Shown in pieces: positions 52,519-61,109 of a stretch of 64,000 bases of DNA (positions are counted from its first letter, which is position 1; every line of letters starts with the position of its first letter). Made by a program: the position numbers and the translations under genes. Below the pieces are notes generated by a model. That model was not told the origin of the DNA. It worked only from the letters and a program-made list of their open reading frames with translations, and did not search any database. This DNA is from Candidatus Cloacimonadota bacterium (GTDB taxonomy: Bacteria; Cloacimonadota; Cloacimonadia; G963667145), in assembly GCA_963676615.1 (NCBI GenBank), contig OY781092.1, positions 1,152,001-1,216,000 of the forward strand. The letters are read 5' to 3'.

Positions 52519-52544
52519 TTTTCAAACATCTTGTCAACTTTTTT

Positions 52545-53114
52545 CTAATTTTGCCGAAGTTCCTGCCAGCGAAAACAGCTGGTCGTATGGTCGTTAACCA
52601 TTCCGATTGCCTGCATAAAAGAGTAGCAAATCGTCGCACCGACAAAGCTAAAGCCTCTTTTTTTCAGCTCGGCGCTCATTTTTTCGGAGATTTTGCTGGA
52701 GACTGGCACTTCCTCTTGACTCGCCCAACAATTTTGCACGGTCTGCCCACCGACAAAGCCCCAAAAATAGGCGTCCAGACTACCAAAATCTTCGACGATT
52801 TTCAGAGCCACACGGGCGTTTTGCACGGCAGAAGCAATTTTGCGGCGATTACGCACGATGCCTGTATCCGCCAGCAACTGCTCGATTTTACGCTTGTCAT
52901 ACTTTGCGATTTTGCGAAAATCGAAGTTATCGAACGCTCGGCGATAATTTTCTCGCTTTTTGAGGATAGTCAACCAGCTCAAGCCCGCTTGCGCTCCTTC
53001 CAACACCAAAAATTCAAAAAGAAGTCTATCGTCGTGCACAGGCACGCCCCATTCGGTGTCGTGATAGGCGATATACAGCGGGTCGTCCGCGCACCAGGCA
53101 CATCTCGTTCGCAT
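52545..53114 (-). CDS. tag: DNA-3-methyladenine glycosylase I
   Basis: YHDTEWG, LEGAQAGLSW, GMVNDH. Confidence 0.97.
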   Translation of the reverse strand: MRTRCAWCADDPLYIAYHDTEWGVPVHDDRLLFEFLVLEGAQAGLSWLTILKKRENYRRAFDNFDFRKIAKYDKRKIEQLLADTGIVRNRRKIASAVQNARVALKIVEDFGSLDAYFWGFVGGQTVQNCWASQEEVPVSSKISEKMSAELKKRGFSFVGATICYSFMQAIGMVNDHTTSCFRWQELRQN

Positions 53115-53124
53115 CTTCGGGACG

Positions 53125-55944
53125 CTACTCTCGTTCCGCCAAAAACTGCCCAGTGAAGCTTTCTGGCACTGCTGCCACCTCTTGCACAGTTCCCACAGCG
53201 ACGACTTGTCCTCCGCCGTCTCCGCCGTCTGGACCGAGGTCGATTATGTAGTCGCTGGCGGCGATCACATCCAGATTGTGCTCGATGACGATTATCGTGT
53301 TGCCCATATCCACCAAGCGATACAGCACCTGCAGGAGCTTATTGATGTCGTCGAAATGCAGCCCCGTGGTCGGCTCGTCCAAGAGGTAGAGCGTCTGTCC
53401 CGTGGAGGTTTTCGATAGCTCCCGCGCCAGCTTTATCCGCTGAGCTTCGCCGCCAGAGAGCGTCGTTGACGACTGCCCGAGCTTCACATAATCGAGCCCA
53501 ACATCCACCAGCGTCTGCAACTTCGTGCGAATCGCAGGGATATTCTCAAACAGCTCCAGCGCCTTGGAAATCTCCAAATCCAGCACATCGGCGATGTTAT
53601 ACCCCTTGTATTCCACCGTGAGCGTCTGTTGGTTGTAGCGCTTGCCGTGACACACGCTGCACGGCACAAAAACATCGGGCAGAAAGTGCATCTCGATTTG
53701 CTTCAAACCATTGCCGCCGCAAGCCTCGCAGCGACCGCCTTTCACATTAAACGAAAAACGCCCCGCGTTAAATCCGTGCAATTTCGCCGCAGGAAGCGAC
53801 GCAAAAAGTTTGCGAATTTCGTCAAAAACTTTGATGTAAGTGGCTGGATTCGAGCGTGGAGTCCTGCCAATCGGGCTTTGGTCGATGTTAATCACCTTGT
53901 CGAAATATTTCTCGCCCGTGATTCTTTTGTGCTTACCAACCGGATATTTGCTCTTATTGATTTTGTTCGCCAAAAACGGATAAACGATTTGGTTCACCAG
54001 CGACGACTTTCCACCGCCAGAAACGCCCGTCACACAAGTGAAGAGCCCCACAGGAAACGCCACATCAATCTCCTTGAGGTTGTTGTGCGCCGCGCCATAA
54101 ACCCGCAGCATCTGCCTTCCTTTTTTTCGCTTTCGACTGGGCACCTCAATTTTCTTTGCCCCGCTTAAATATTGCCCTGTGAGCGATTTGGGATTTGCCA
54201 TAATTTCTGCCACGCTGCCTTGAGCGACGACCTCTCCGCCGTTGCAACCAGCCAGCGGTCCAAAATCGACAACCTGGTCGCTACTTTCCATCATCTCCTG
54301 ATCGTGCTCGACCACCAAAACGGTGTTGCCCAAATTTTTTAGGCGCTGCAACATCCGAATCAGCGAGCGATTGTCCCGCTGATGCAAGCCGATCGACGGC
54401 TCGTCCAAAATATACATCACGCCCACAAGCCCGCTACCGATTTGGCTGGCAAGCCGTATCCGCTGAGCCTCGCCACCCGAGAGCGTCGGCGCAGAGCGGT
54501 TCAGATTAAGATAGTGCAAACCAACCTCTCGCAAAAATGTCAGCCGATCGATTATCTCCTTCAAAATTTCGCTGGCAATCTGCAACTCTTCTCCCTGCAG
54601 ACTCAAGTTTTTAAAATATTCCAGCGCCCGAGAAACCGACATCCGCACGATTTGGTCGATGTTGTGTCCGTCCACCAACACCGCAAGGCTCTTGGGATTG
54701 AGCTTTTTTCCGTGGCAATGCGGACAGACCTCTTCGCCCATAAAACTCAAATAATATTTGCGCATATACGACGACGCCGTGGTTTTCAGGCGCCGCGAGA
54801 GCATCGGCACAACGCCCTCAAAGCCGCTATCGAAATTATACTCGCCTCGCCGAGAGCTCCACACCACATTCACAGGCGAGCTGTGCCCGTAGAGAATCGC
54901 CTCTCTTGCTTTGGCTGGCAAATCTTTCCAGGGCGTCTTTAGACTAAAGCCGAGATTTTCCGAGAGCCCCTTGACCAGCTGATACTCAAGGCTGTCGGTC
55001 TTCTCGCTGAGCTCCTTCCAGACTTGCACAGCGCCGTTCCAAAGCGAGAGATTTTTGTTTGGAACAATTTTTTCGGGGTCAAAATCGAACAAAATTCCAA
55101 GTCCGTTGCAATGCTCGCACATCCCAATCGGGCTGTTGAACGAAAAAGATTGCGGCGACAAATCGTCGAAACCGATACCGCAATCGGGGCAAGAGTTTTT
55201 CTCGGAAAGCATCTCCTGCTGGTTACTTTCGGGATAGTCCACCTTGAGGAAACCGCCGCTGAGCCGCAGCGCCGTCTCGATCGAATCCGCCAGCCGAGAG
55301 CGAATCTCCTGCTTGAGCACAAGCCGATCCACCACCACATCGATGGTGTGCTTGCTCTTTTTGTCCAGCTGAATATCTTCCGAAAGTTCCCGCACTTTGC
55401 CGTTAATCATAATCCGCGCAAAACCCTCTGCACGAGCCTCCTCGATCTCCTTGGTGTGCGTGCCTTTGCGATTTTTCACCATCGGCGCCAAAATCTGCAA
55501 CTTCGTGCCTTGCGGGCGTTTGTAGATATGCTCCACAATCTGGTCAACCGACTGGCTGCCAACGGGTTTGCCGCAAATGTGACAGTGCTGCTTGCCCACT
55601 CGCGCAAAGAGCAATCGCAGATAATCGTAAATCTCAGTAATCGTCCCCACAGTCGAGCGAGGATTTTTGGACGCCGTTTTTTGCTCGATAGAAATCGCTG
55701 GCGAAAGCCCCTCAATGTAGTCCACATTCGGCTTTTCCATCTGCCCCAAAAACTGCCGAGCATAGCTGGAGAGGCTCTCCACATAGCGCCGCTGCCCCTC
55801 TGCATACAGCGTGTCGAACGCCAAAGACGATTTGCCACTACCAGAAACGCCCGTAAAAACCACCAGCGAATCACGAGGAATCGTCAAATCAACGCTCTTG
55901 AGATTGTGCTCTGCCGCACCTTTGACAACAATTTTATCTTTCAT
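53125..55944 (-). CDS. uvrA: Excinuclease ABC subunit A
   Basis: Two GVSGxGKS motifs, LSGGEAQR twice, zinc fingers. Confidence 0.98.
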   Translation of the reverse strand: MKDKIVVKGAAEHNLKSVDLTIPRDSLVVFTGVSGSGKSSLAFDTLYAEGQRRYVESLSSYARQFLGQMEKPNVDYIEGLSPAISIEQKTASKNPRSTVGTITEIYDYLRLLFARVGKQHCHICGKPVGSQSVDQIVEHIYKRPQGTKLQILAPMVKNRKGTHTKEIEEARAEGFARIMINGKVRELSEDIQLDKKSKHTIDVVVDRLVLKQEIRSRLADSIETALRLSGGFLKVDYPESNQQEMLSEKNSCPDCGIGFDDLSPQSFSFNSPIGMCEHCNGLGILFDFDPEKIVPNKNLSLWNGAVQVWKELSEKTDSLEYQLVKGLSENLGFSLKTPWKDLPAKAREAILYGHSSPVNVVWSSRRGEYNFDSGFEGVVPMLSRRLKTTASSYMRKYYLSFMGEEVCPHCHGKKLNPKSLAVLVDGHNIDQIVRMSVSRALEYFKNLSLQGEELQIASEILKEIIDRLTFLREVGLHYLNLNRSAPTLSGGEAQRIRLASQIGSGLVGVMYILDEPSIGLHQRDNRSLIRMLQRLKNLGNTVLVVEHDQEMMESSDQVVDFGPLAGCNGGEVVAQGSVAEIMANPKSLTGQYLSGAKKIEVPSRKRKKGRQMLRVYGAAHNNLKEIDVAFPVGLFTCVTGVSGGGKSSLVNQIVYPFLANKINKSKYPVGKHKRITGEKYFDKVINIDQSPIGRTPRSNPATYIKVFDEIRKLFASLPAAKLHGFNAGRFSFNVKGGRCEACGGNGLKQIEMHFLPDVFVPCSVCHGKRYNQQTLTVEYKGYNIADVLDLEISKALELFENIPAIRTKLQTLVDVGLDYVKLGQSSTTLSGGEAQRIKLARELSKTSTGQTLYLLDEPTTGLHFDDINKLLQVLYRLVDMGNTIIVIEHNLDVIAASDYIIDLGPDGGDGGGQVVAVGTVQEVAAVPESFTGQFLAERE

Positions 55945-55988
55945 CCTCACTTGTCCTTTTTTTACTCTCCACGATTTTCAAAATCTTT

Positions 55989-56630
55989 TTACACATAAAC
56001 CGAATATTTTTTTTCTAGCCTGCCAAAAACATTCACAATTACCGATGTAAACAGAAGATAGATGGCAGCCGCCAGCAAAAACGGCAAGATGTTAAAATCG
56101 CGCGAGAACAGCTCTTTGGCGCAACGCAGCAGGTCGCCCATTCCGATAATCGCCACCAAAGCGGTGTCTTTGATCAAAGTAATCGCCTCGTTGCAAGTCG
56201 CGGGCAAAACACGCCGAGCCGTCTGCGGCAAAATCACCCTGCTCATCATCTGCCAATAGCTCATCCCCAGCGCTTTGGACACCTCGTATTGCCCCTTGTC
56301 GATCGACTGGATGCCGCCGCGATAAATCTCGGTGAAATACGCCGCATAGTTGAAAACATAGGTGATGACCGCCGCCACAAAAGGCGTGAGGCTGACCCCG
56401 AAAATCGACAAGCCGAAATAGACGAAAAAAAGTTGCAAAAGTAGCGGCGTGCCTCGCACAACCCAAGTGTAGAAGCCGATAATCCGCGCGGGCAAAGCTC
56501 CCAGCGACAACTTTCCCAGAGCGAGCAAAATCCCCAGCGGAATCGCCAAAACAATCGTAACCGCATACAAACTCAAGGTGATACCGCATCCTTTAATCAA
56601 ATACAGCAGCGTATTCAGCAAATATTCCAA
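55989..56630 (-). CDS. Polar amino acid ABC transporter permease
   Basis: RGTPLLLQL, EIYRGG..IDKGQ.E, KDTAL. Confidence 0.94.
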   Translation of the reverse strand: MEYLLNTLLYLIKGCGITLSLYAVTIVLAIPLGILLALGKLSLGALPARIIGFYTWVVRGTPLLLQLFFVYFGLSIFGVSLTPFVAAVITYVFNYAAYFTEIYRGGIQSIDKGQYEVSKALGMSYWQMMSRVILPQTARRVLPATCNEAITLIKDTALVAIIGMGDLLRCAKELFSRDFNILPFLLAAAIYLLFTSVIVNVFGRLEKKYSVYV

Positions 56631-56662
56631 AACAACTCCTTTTTTTTCGGCAAAATTCATAT

Positions 56663-56711
56663 AAAAAACCGCCTAATCACTTCCGAACAAGTCAGAGACG
56701 AAATAGGCGGT
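56663..56711 (-). terminator. Intra-operon hairpin between binding protein and permease
   Basis: ACCGCCTA/TAGGCGGT stem followed by a U tract on -. Confidence 0.5.
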
Positions 56712-56728
56712 CGTCAACAAAAATCGAT

Positions 56729-57514
56729 TTATTTCAGAAGCACCGACTGCCCAAACCATTGTTGCGAAATTTCGTCGGCTGTGCCGTCTTGCTTTAGCTG
56801 CTCGATCGCGCCGCTAAGCTGTTTCACGAGCTCCTTGTCCGCTTTTCGCATCCCCACGCCATACTCCTCTTGTCCCAAATTTTCGTCCAAAACAACATAC
56901 ATTCCAGGCTTTTTGGCGATGTAATAGCGCCCAACAATCTCGTCCACAACCACCGCATCGATCCTGCCAGCTGCCAAATCCATCAGCGCCTCGGTGTTGT
57001 TGCTATATTTGCGCTCGTCCTTGATGGCGCTCTTCACGCCAGCGTTGCTATCCAGCGCTTTTTGACTGGAAGATCCAAGCTGCAAACCGACAACTTTTCC
57101 GCTCAAATCAGCCAGCGACTTTATCGGCGAGCCAGCTTGCACCACCACGATTTGCCCGTTTGCCATATAAGCAGGCGAAAACGCAATCCGCTGCTTGCGC
57201 TCGTCGGTAATGGTCAAGCCGTTCCAAATCACATCGATATCGCCCTTGTTCAGCGACATCACGATGCCGTCCCAATCCACAGGCTTGAACTCAGCCCGCA
57301 AGCCCAATTTCGCTGCGGCAGCTTTTGCCAAATCGATGTCGAAGCCCACAATCTCGCCGTTCTCGCCACGGAATCCCATCGGCGGAAAATTATCGTCCAA
57401 ACCAACGACAATCACGCCCTTTTCCTTAATCTGCTTCCAGCTATCCTGATTTTCGTTGCAACCAAACGCCAGCAGCACGCACACCGCAAAAAACAATTCC
57501 AAAATCTTTTTCAT
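56729..57514 (-). CDS. Polar amino acid ABC substrate-binding lipoprotein
   Basis: Lipobox AFGC, FPPMGF, GFDIDL, GRIDAVVVD. Confidence 0.94.
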   Translation of the reverse strand: MKKILELFFAVCVLLAFGCNENQDSWKQIKEKGVIVVGLDDNFPPMGFRGENGEIVGFDIDLAKAAAAKLGLRAEFKPVDWDGIVMSLNKGDIDVIWNGLTITDERKQRIAFSPAYMANGQIVVVQAGSPIKSLADLSGKVVGLQLGSSSQKALDSNAGVKSAIKDERKYSNNTEALMDLAAGRIDAVVVDEIVGRYYIAKKPGMYVVLDENLGQEEYGVGMRKADKELVKQLSGAIEQLKQDGTADEISQQWFGQSVLLK

Positions 57515-57687
57515 TTTTTCGTCCTCTCTTTCTTTATTTTTGATAAAAGCAGAAAAACGCTCCCCAGTCACAAGGTCAACATAATTTTTTTGGGAAGATG
57601 ACGACGACGATTTCCCAAAAACAAATTGACACAAAATTGCAAAGTTGCGAAATAAAGCGACAAATTATCAAAAAAGGATAGTCCAAA

Positions 57688-58209
57688 ATGAAAAGAATTG
57701 TTGAAGCAATCAAAAAAGATTTAGAAAGTAAAAATTATTATAGCGCTACTTATGTAAGCCTTTCATTAGTCGACGCTTGTGCAAAAATCGAATATCCAGT
57801 CATAACTAATAACAAAGCGCGTTATATTGAGTGGCTAAAAAATTTTTTCATCCCATTGCATGAAAGAGATAAAGATAACCCAATGCTTCCTTCTAAAGAC
57901 ATTTATCATTTTAGATGTTCAATATTACATGAAAGTTCAACCTCAATAAATCTTAACAAACAATCTGATTACAATAAAAAAAATATCCAAAATTTCATTT
58001 TAACAACAACTAGTTCCCACAGAAATGTAGCTATATCTGGCAAATTTAAAGAAATACAAATAAACATACATAAATTTATTGAAGAAATTTTAGAAAGCAT
58101 TGAAGTTTGGATGAGCAAAAAAAAAGAAGAAGAATACAAATTAGACTTCACAATAGAAGAAAAAAAATGGAGTTCTAGTGATTCTAAACAATTTTATAAT
58201 TGTTCTTAA
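57688..58209 (+). CDS. AT-rich hypothetical protein with HEPN-like RxxxxH motif
   Basis: YHFRCSILHES in a helical context; own TTGACA at 57626. Confidence 0.65.
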   Translation: MKRIVEAIKKDLESKNYYSATYVSLSLVDACAKIEYPVITNNKARYIEWLKNFFIPLHERDKDNPMLPSKDIYHFRCSILHESSTSINLNKQSDYNKKNIQNFILTTTSSHRNVAISGKFKEIQINIHKFIEEILESIEVWMSKKKEEEYKLDFTIEEKKWSSSDSKQFYNCS

Positions 58210-58272
58210 AACAAAATCAATAATCCCCATTACCTATTTGACACATTTTCCGCCTTAAGACACCCTGCTCCT

Positions 58273-59436
58273 ATGAACAAAATCGTTTTTTATTTGTGCA
58301 AAAATTTTTTCACCGCCAAACAAAAAAAATGGCTCAACTTCGACTTCGGCTTTATGGTCACGGGCATCGTCATCTCGGTGGCTGTGCTGACTTGTGCTAT
58401 GAGCATTTTCGACGGCTATCAAAGCGCGTTGCGAAAGCTTTTCTCCAGCATCACACCCGAAATCACCGTCTTTGACACAAACCTAAACCTTTCCGAAAAT
58501 AGCAAAATCGCCAAATATTCCGAAATCGGCTACGCCAGCGGACTTGTCGGCTCTTCCAAAAACAGCAAATCCGCACTCGTGCAAGGCATCGAACCCGACA
58601 AAGCGCCTTTCGCCTATCGAGAGTTCATCGCAGAAGGTAGCGGAAATCTGGACTCCGCCTACCAAATCGTGCTCGGCAAACCGCTGGCAGAAGCGCTGGA
58701 TGTCGGCGTCGGCGACCAAATCACGCTCTGCGCATCGTTCGTCCCCAAATTCACGCCGATGGGCATCCGCTACGACCAAAAAGTTTGCCAAATCGTCGGC
58801 ATCTACTCCAGCGGATTCTCGCAACACGACCAAACCGTCGCTTTCCTCCGCTTGCGCGATTTCCAAAAAATTTTTGCCAATAACCAAGCCTCATATTGCA
58901 CTGGCATCCGCCTAAAAAACCCCAAATTTCTGGACGAAGTCGTCGCAGAATTACACCAACAACTTTTACCAACAGTGCCGTGGAACCGCCAAAACGAAAA
59001 ATTTTTCGCCTTTTTGCAATTCCAAAAATTTATGCTCTTTGCCATCCTCTGCCTTTTGGTCGTTGTCGCCTGCCTTGGCGTAGTGAACAATGTGCTGGTT
59101 TTCGTCCACTGCTCCAAAACCGAAATCGGCGTTTTCAAATCTTTTGGGATGCCGCACAAAGCCATTAAGCGCACATTTTTCTGCAAAATCTTCGGCATCG
59201 CCATCGCGGGAATTTTTGCAGGGCAAGCCCTCGGCTACACTTTCGCCTACATCCTCTCCAAACAAAGCCTCTACCTGCTTGACCAAAGCGTTTACCTGAT
59301 TTCGCACATCCAAACCTCGCTGAACTGGCAGTCGTTCCTGCTCATTTTTTTCGTCAGCAGCCTCATCATCTATTTCGCAGTTTGGACGCCCCTAAACAAA
59401 ATAAAAAAAATGGAAATAAGAGATATTTTAAAATGA
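58273..59436 (+). CDS. LolC/E-type (FtsX/MacB-like) ABC permease
   Basis: N-terminal TM, periplasmic domain (IVLG..LA..L.V.VGD), three C-terminal TM, EIGVFKSFG. Confidence 0.85.
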   Translation: MNKIVFYLCKNFFTAKQKKWLNFDFGFMVTGIVISVAVLTCAMSIFDGYQSALRKLFSSITPEITVFDTNLNLSENSKIAKYSEIGYASGLVGSSKNSKSALVQGIEPDKAPFAYREFIAEGSGNLDSAYQIVLGKPLAEALDVGVGDQITLCASFVPKFTPMGIRYDQKVCQIVGIYSSGFSQHDQTVAFLRLRDFQKIFANNQASYCTGIRLKNPKFLDEVVAELHQQLLPTVPWNRQNEKFFAFLQFQKFMLFAILCLLVVVACLGVVNNVLVFVHCSKTEIGVFKSFGMPHKAIKRTFFCKIFGIAIAGIFAGQALGYTFAYILSKQSLYLLDQSVYLISHIQTSLNWQSFLLIFFVSSLIIYFAVWTPLNKIKKMEIRDILK

Positions 59437-61109
59437 AAAAAATAAAAAAAATCGTCGTTACCCAAGGCGACCCAGCTGGCGTCGGAGCCGAGATTATCGA
59501 AAAGGCGTTTCGCTTTCGCAAATTGCACCAAGACGCTGCCTACATTATCTATGGACATATCAAAAATCTGGAAGCCGAAAAAATCACGAGCATCGAGCAA
59601 GCCGACACTGCAGGACATCTCTACATTTTAGATTTCGGCAAACCAAATAGCCAAATCGGGCGACCAGACAAAGCGTCAGGCGAGTATAGCCTAAAAATTT
59701 TGCAGCGAGTTTTGCAAGACCAAGCACAAATCGACGCTGTCGTCACCTGTCCGATCAGCAAAGACGCCATCCGCCAGAGCCAGCGCGACTTCATCGGGCA
59801 CACCGAATTTTTCGCCCAAGGTCGTCATCCTTTCGTAATGAGCTTTTTCGGTCCTTACTTCAACCTCGCTTTGCTCACCACCCATCTGGCTTTGCACGAA
59901 ATCGAGTCCACTCTCAGCGAAGATTTTTTTAAAGAAAAAGTGCGGATAATTTTCCAAAATTGTCAAAAATTCCTCGATAAACCAAAACTGGCAATGCTCG
60001 CAGTCAATCCGCACGCTGGCGAAAACGGAGCGTTCGGCGACATCGACCAAAAAATCGAAAAGTGGCTGGCGGAGCTTAAAATTTCCGAAAAAATCGAAAT
60101 CGACGGTCCGTTTCCTGCCGACACATTTTTCGCCTATAAAGCCACCGAATATCAGATGGTTATCTCCGCCTATCACGACCAAGGGCTCGTGCCGTTCAAG
60201 ATGCTCTCCAAAGGAAAAGGCGTCAACACCACGCTGGGCTTGCCTTTTGTCCGCACCTCCGTCGATCACGGAACGGCTTGCGACATCGCTGGCAAAAATA
60301 TCGCAGACCCCGGCAGCCTTGGTTCCGCTCTCGATTTTGCCGAAAAATGCCTGAAGTTACCCAGCGAGGAAATCGGCTCCTACTCGCACCTCGCGGCGAT
60401 CTACGACGATTATATGCGCCATGTCCGCTACCAAGATTGGGCGGATTTTGCCATTGAGAGCTATCAAAAAATTTGCGGTAAAAAGCCACAAAAAATTTTG
60501 GAACTCGCCTGCGGAACCGCCAACATCTCCTGTCTTTTGATCGAAAAAGGTTACCGCGTGGTTGGCGAAGATATCAGCCCGCAAATGCTCAAAATCGCAG
60601 AAGGGAAACCGCATCATCCAGAATTGCGACTGGATAATATGCTGCAAAGCCGCGGCGAAACTGGCTTTGAGCTGACTTTACTGATGTTCGACAGCCTAAA
60701 CTACCTTGGCTCAAAAAAGCAAGTCAGCCAGCTCCTTTTGGCGGCACACAGCCGCACCGCAAGCGGCGGCGTCTTCGTTTTCGATGTCTCCACGCTCAAA
60801 AATTGCCAAGACAATTTCGACGGGCTACTCGATTATCAGCAAAACGACGGGCAATTTGTGATGCAAGAGTGCTTTTTGGACGGCGACACCCAAGTCACCA
60901 AATTCCACTTTTTCGCCAAAAACGGCTTCCTCTACGACTCTTGCGTCGAAACTCACCAGCAAAAAATCTACTCCTGCCAAACGCTCATTGAGCTTATTGA
61001 AAAATCTCCGTGGAACCTGCAAGGCGTTTACGCTCAAGGCAAACTTTTACAAAATTTCGAGCGAGCCGACGACGAAGAAAGGCTGTTTTTCGTTTTGCAA
61101 AAAGACTAA
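59433..61109 (+). CDS. pdxA: Fusion: PdxA-family dehydrogenase + class I SAM methyltransferase
   Basis: GDPAGVG, GHTE, NPHAGE, YHDQG, RTSVDHGTA, then in frame YDDYM..Y..W and LELACGTA. Confidence 0.88.
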   Translation: MKKIKKIVVTQGDPAGVGAEIIEKAFRFRKLHQDAAYIIYGHIKNLEAEKITSIEQADTAGHLYILDFGKPNSQIGRPDKASGEYSLKILQRVLQDQAQIDAVVTCPISKDAIRQSQRDFIGHTEFFAQGRHPFVMSFFGPYFNLALLTTHLALHEIESTLSEDFFKEKVRIIFQNCQKFLDKPKLAMLAVNPHAGENGAFGDIDQKIEKWLAELKISEKIEIDGPFPADTFFAYKATEYQMVISAYHDQGLVPFKMLSKGKGVNTTLGLPFVRTSVDHGTACDIAGKNIADPGSLGSALDFAEKCLKLPSEEIGSYSHLAAIYDDYMRHVRYQDWADFAIESYQKICGKKPQKILELACGTANISCLLIEKGYRVVGEDISPQMLKIAEGKPHHPELRLDNMLQSRGETGFELTLLMFDSLNYLGSKKQVSQLLLAAHSRTASGGVFVFDVSTLKNCQDNFDGLLDYQQNDGQFVMQECFLDGDTQVTKFHFFAKNGFLYDSCVETHQQKIYSCQTLIELIEKSPWNLQGVYAQGKLLQNFERADDEERLFFVLQKD

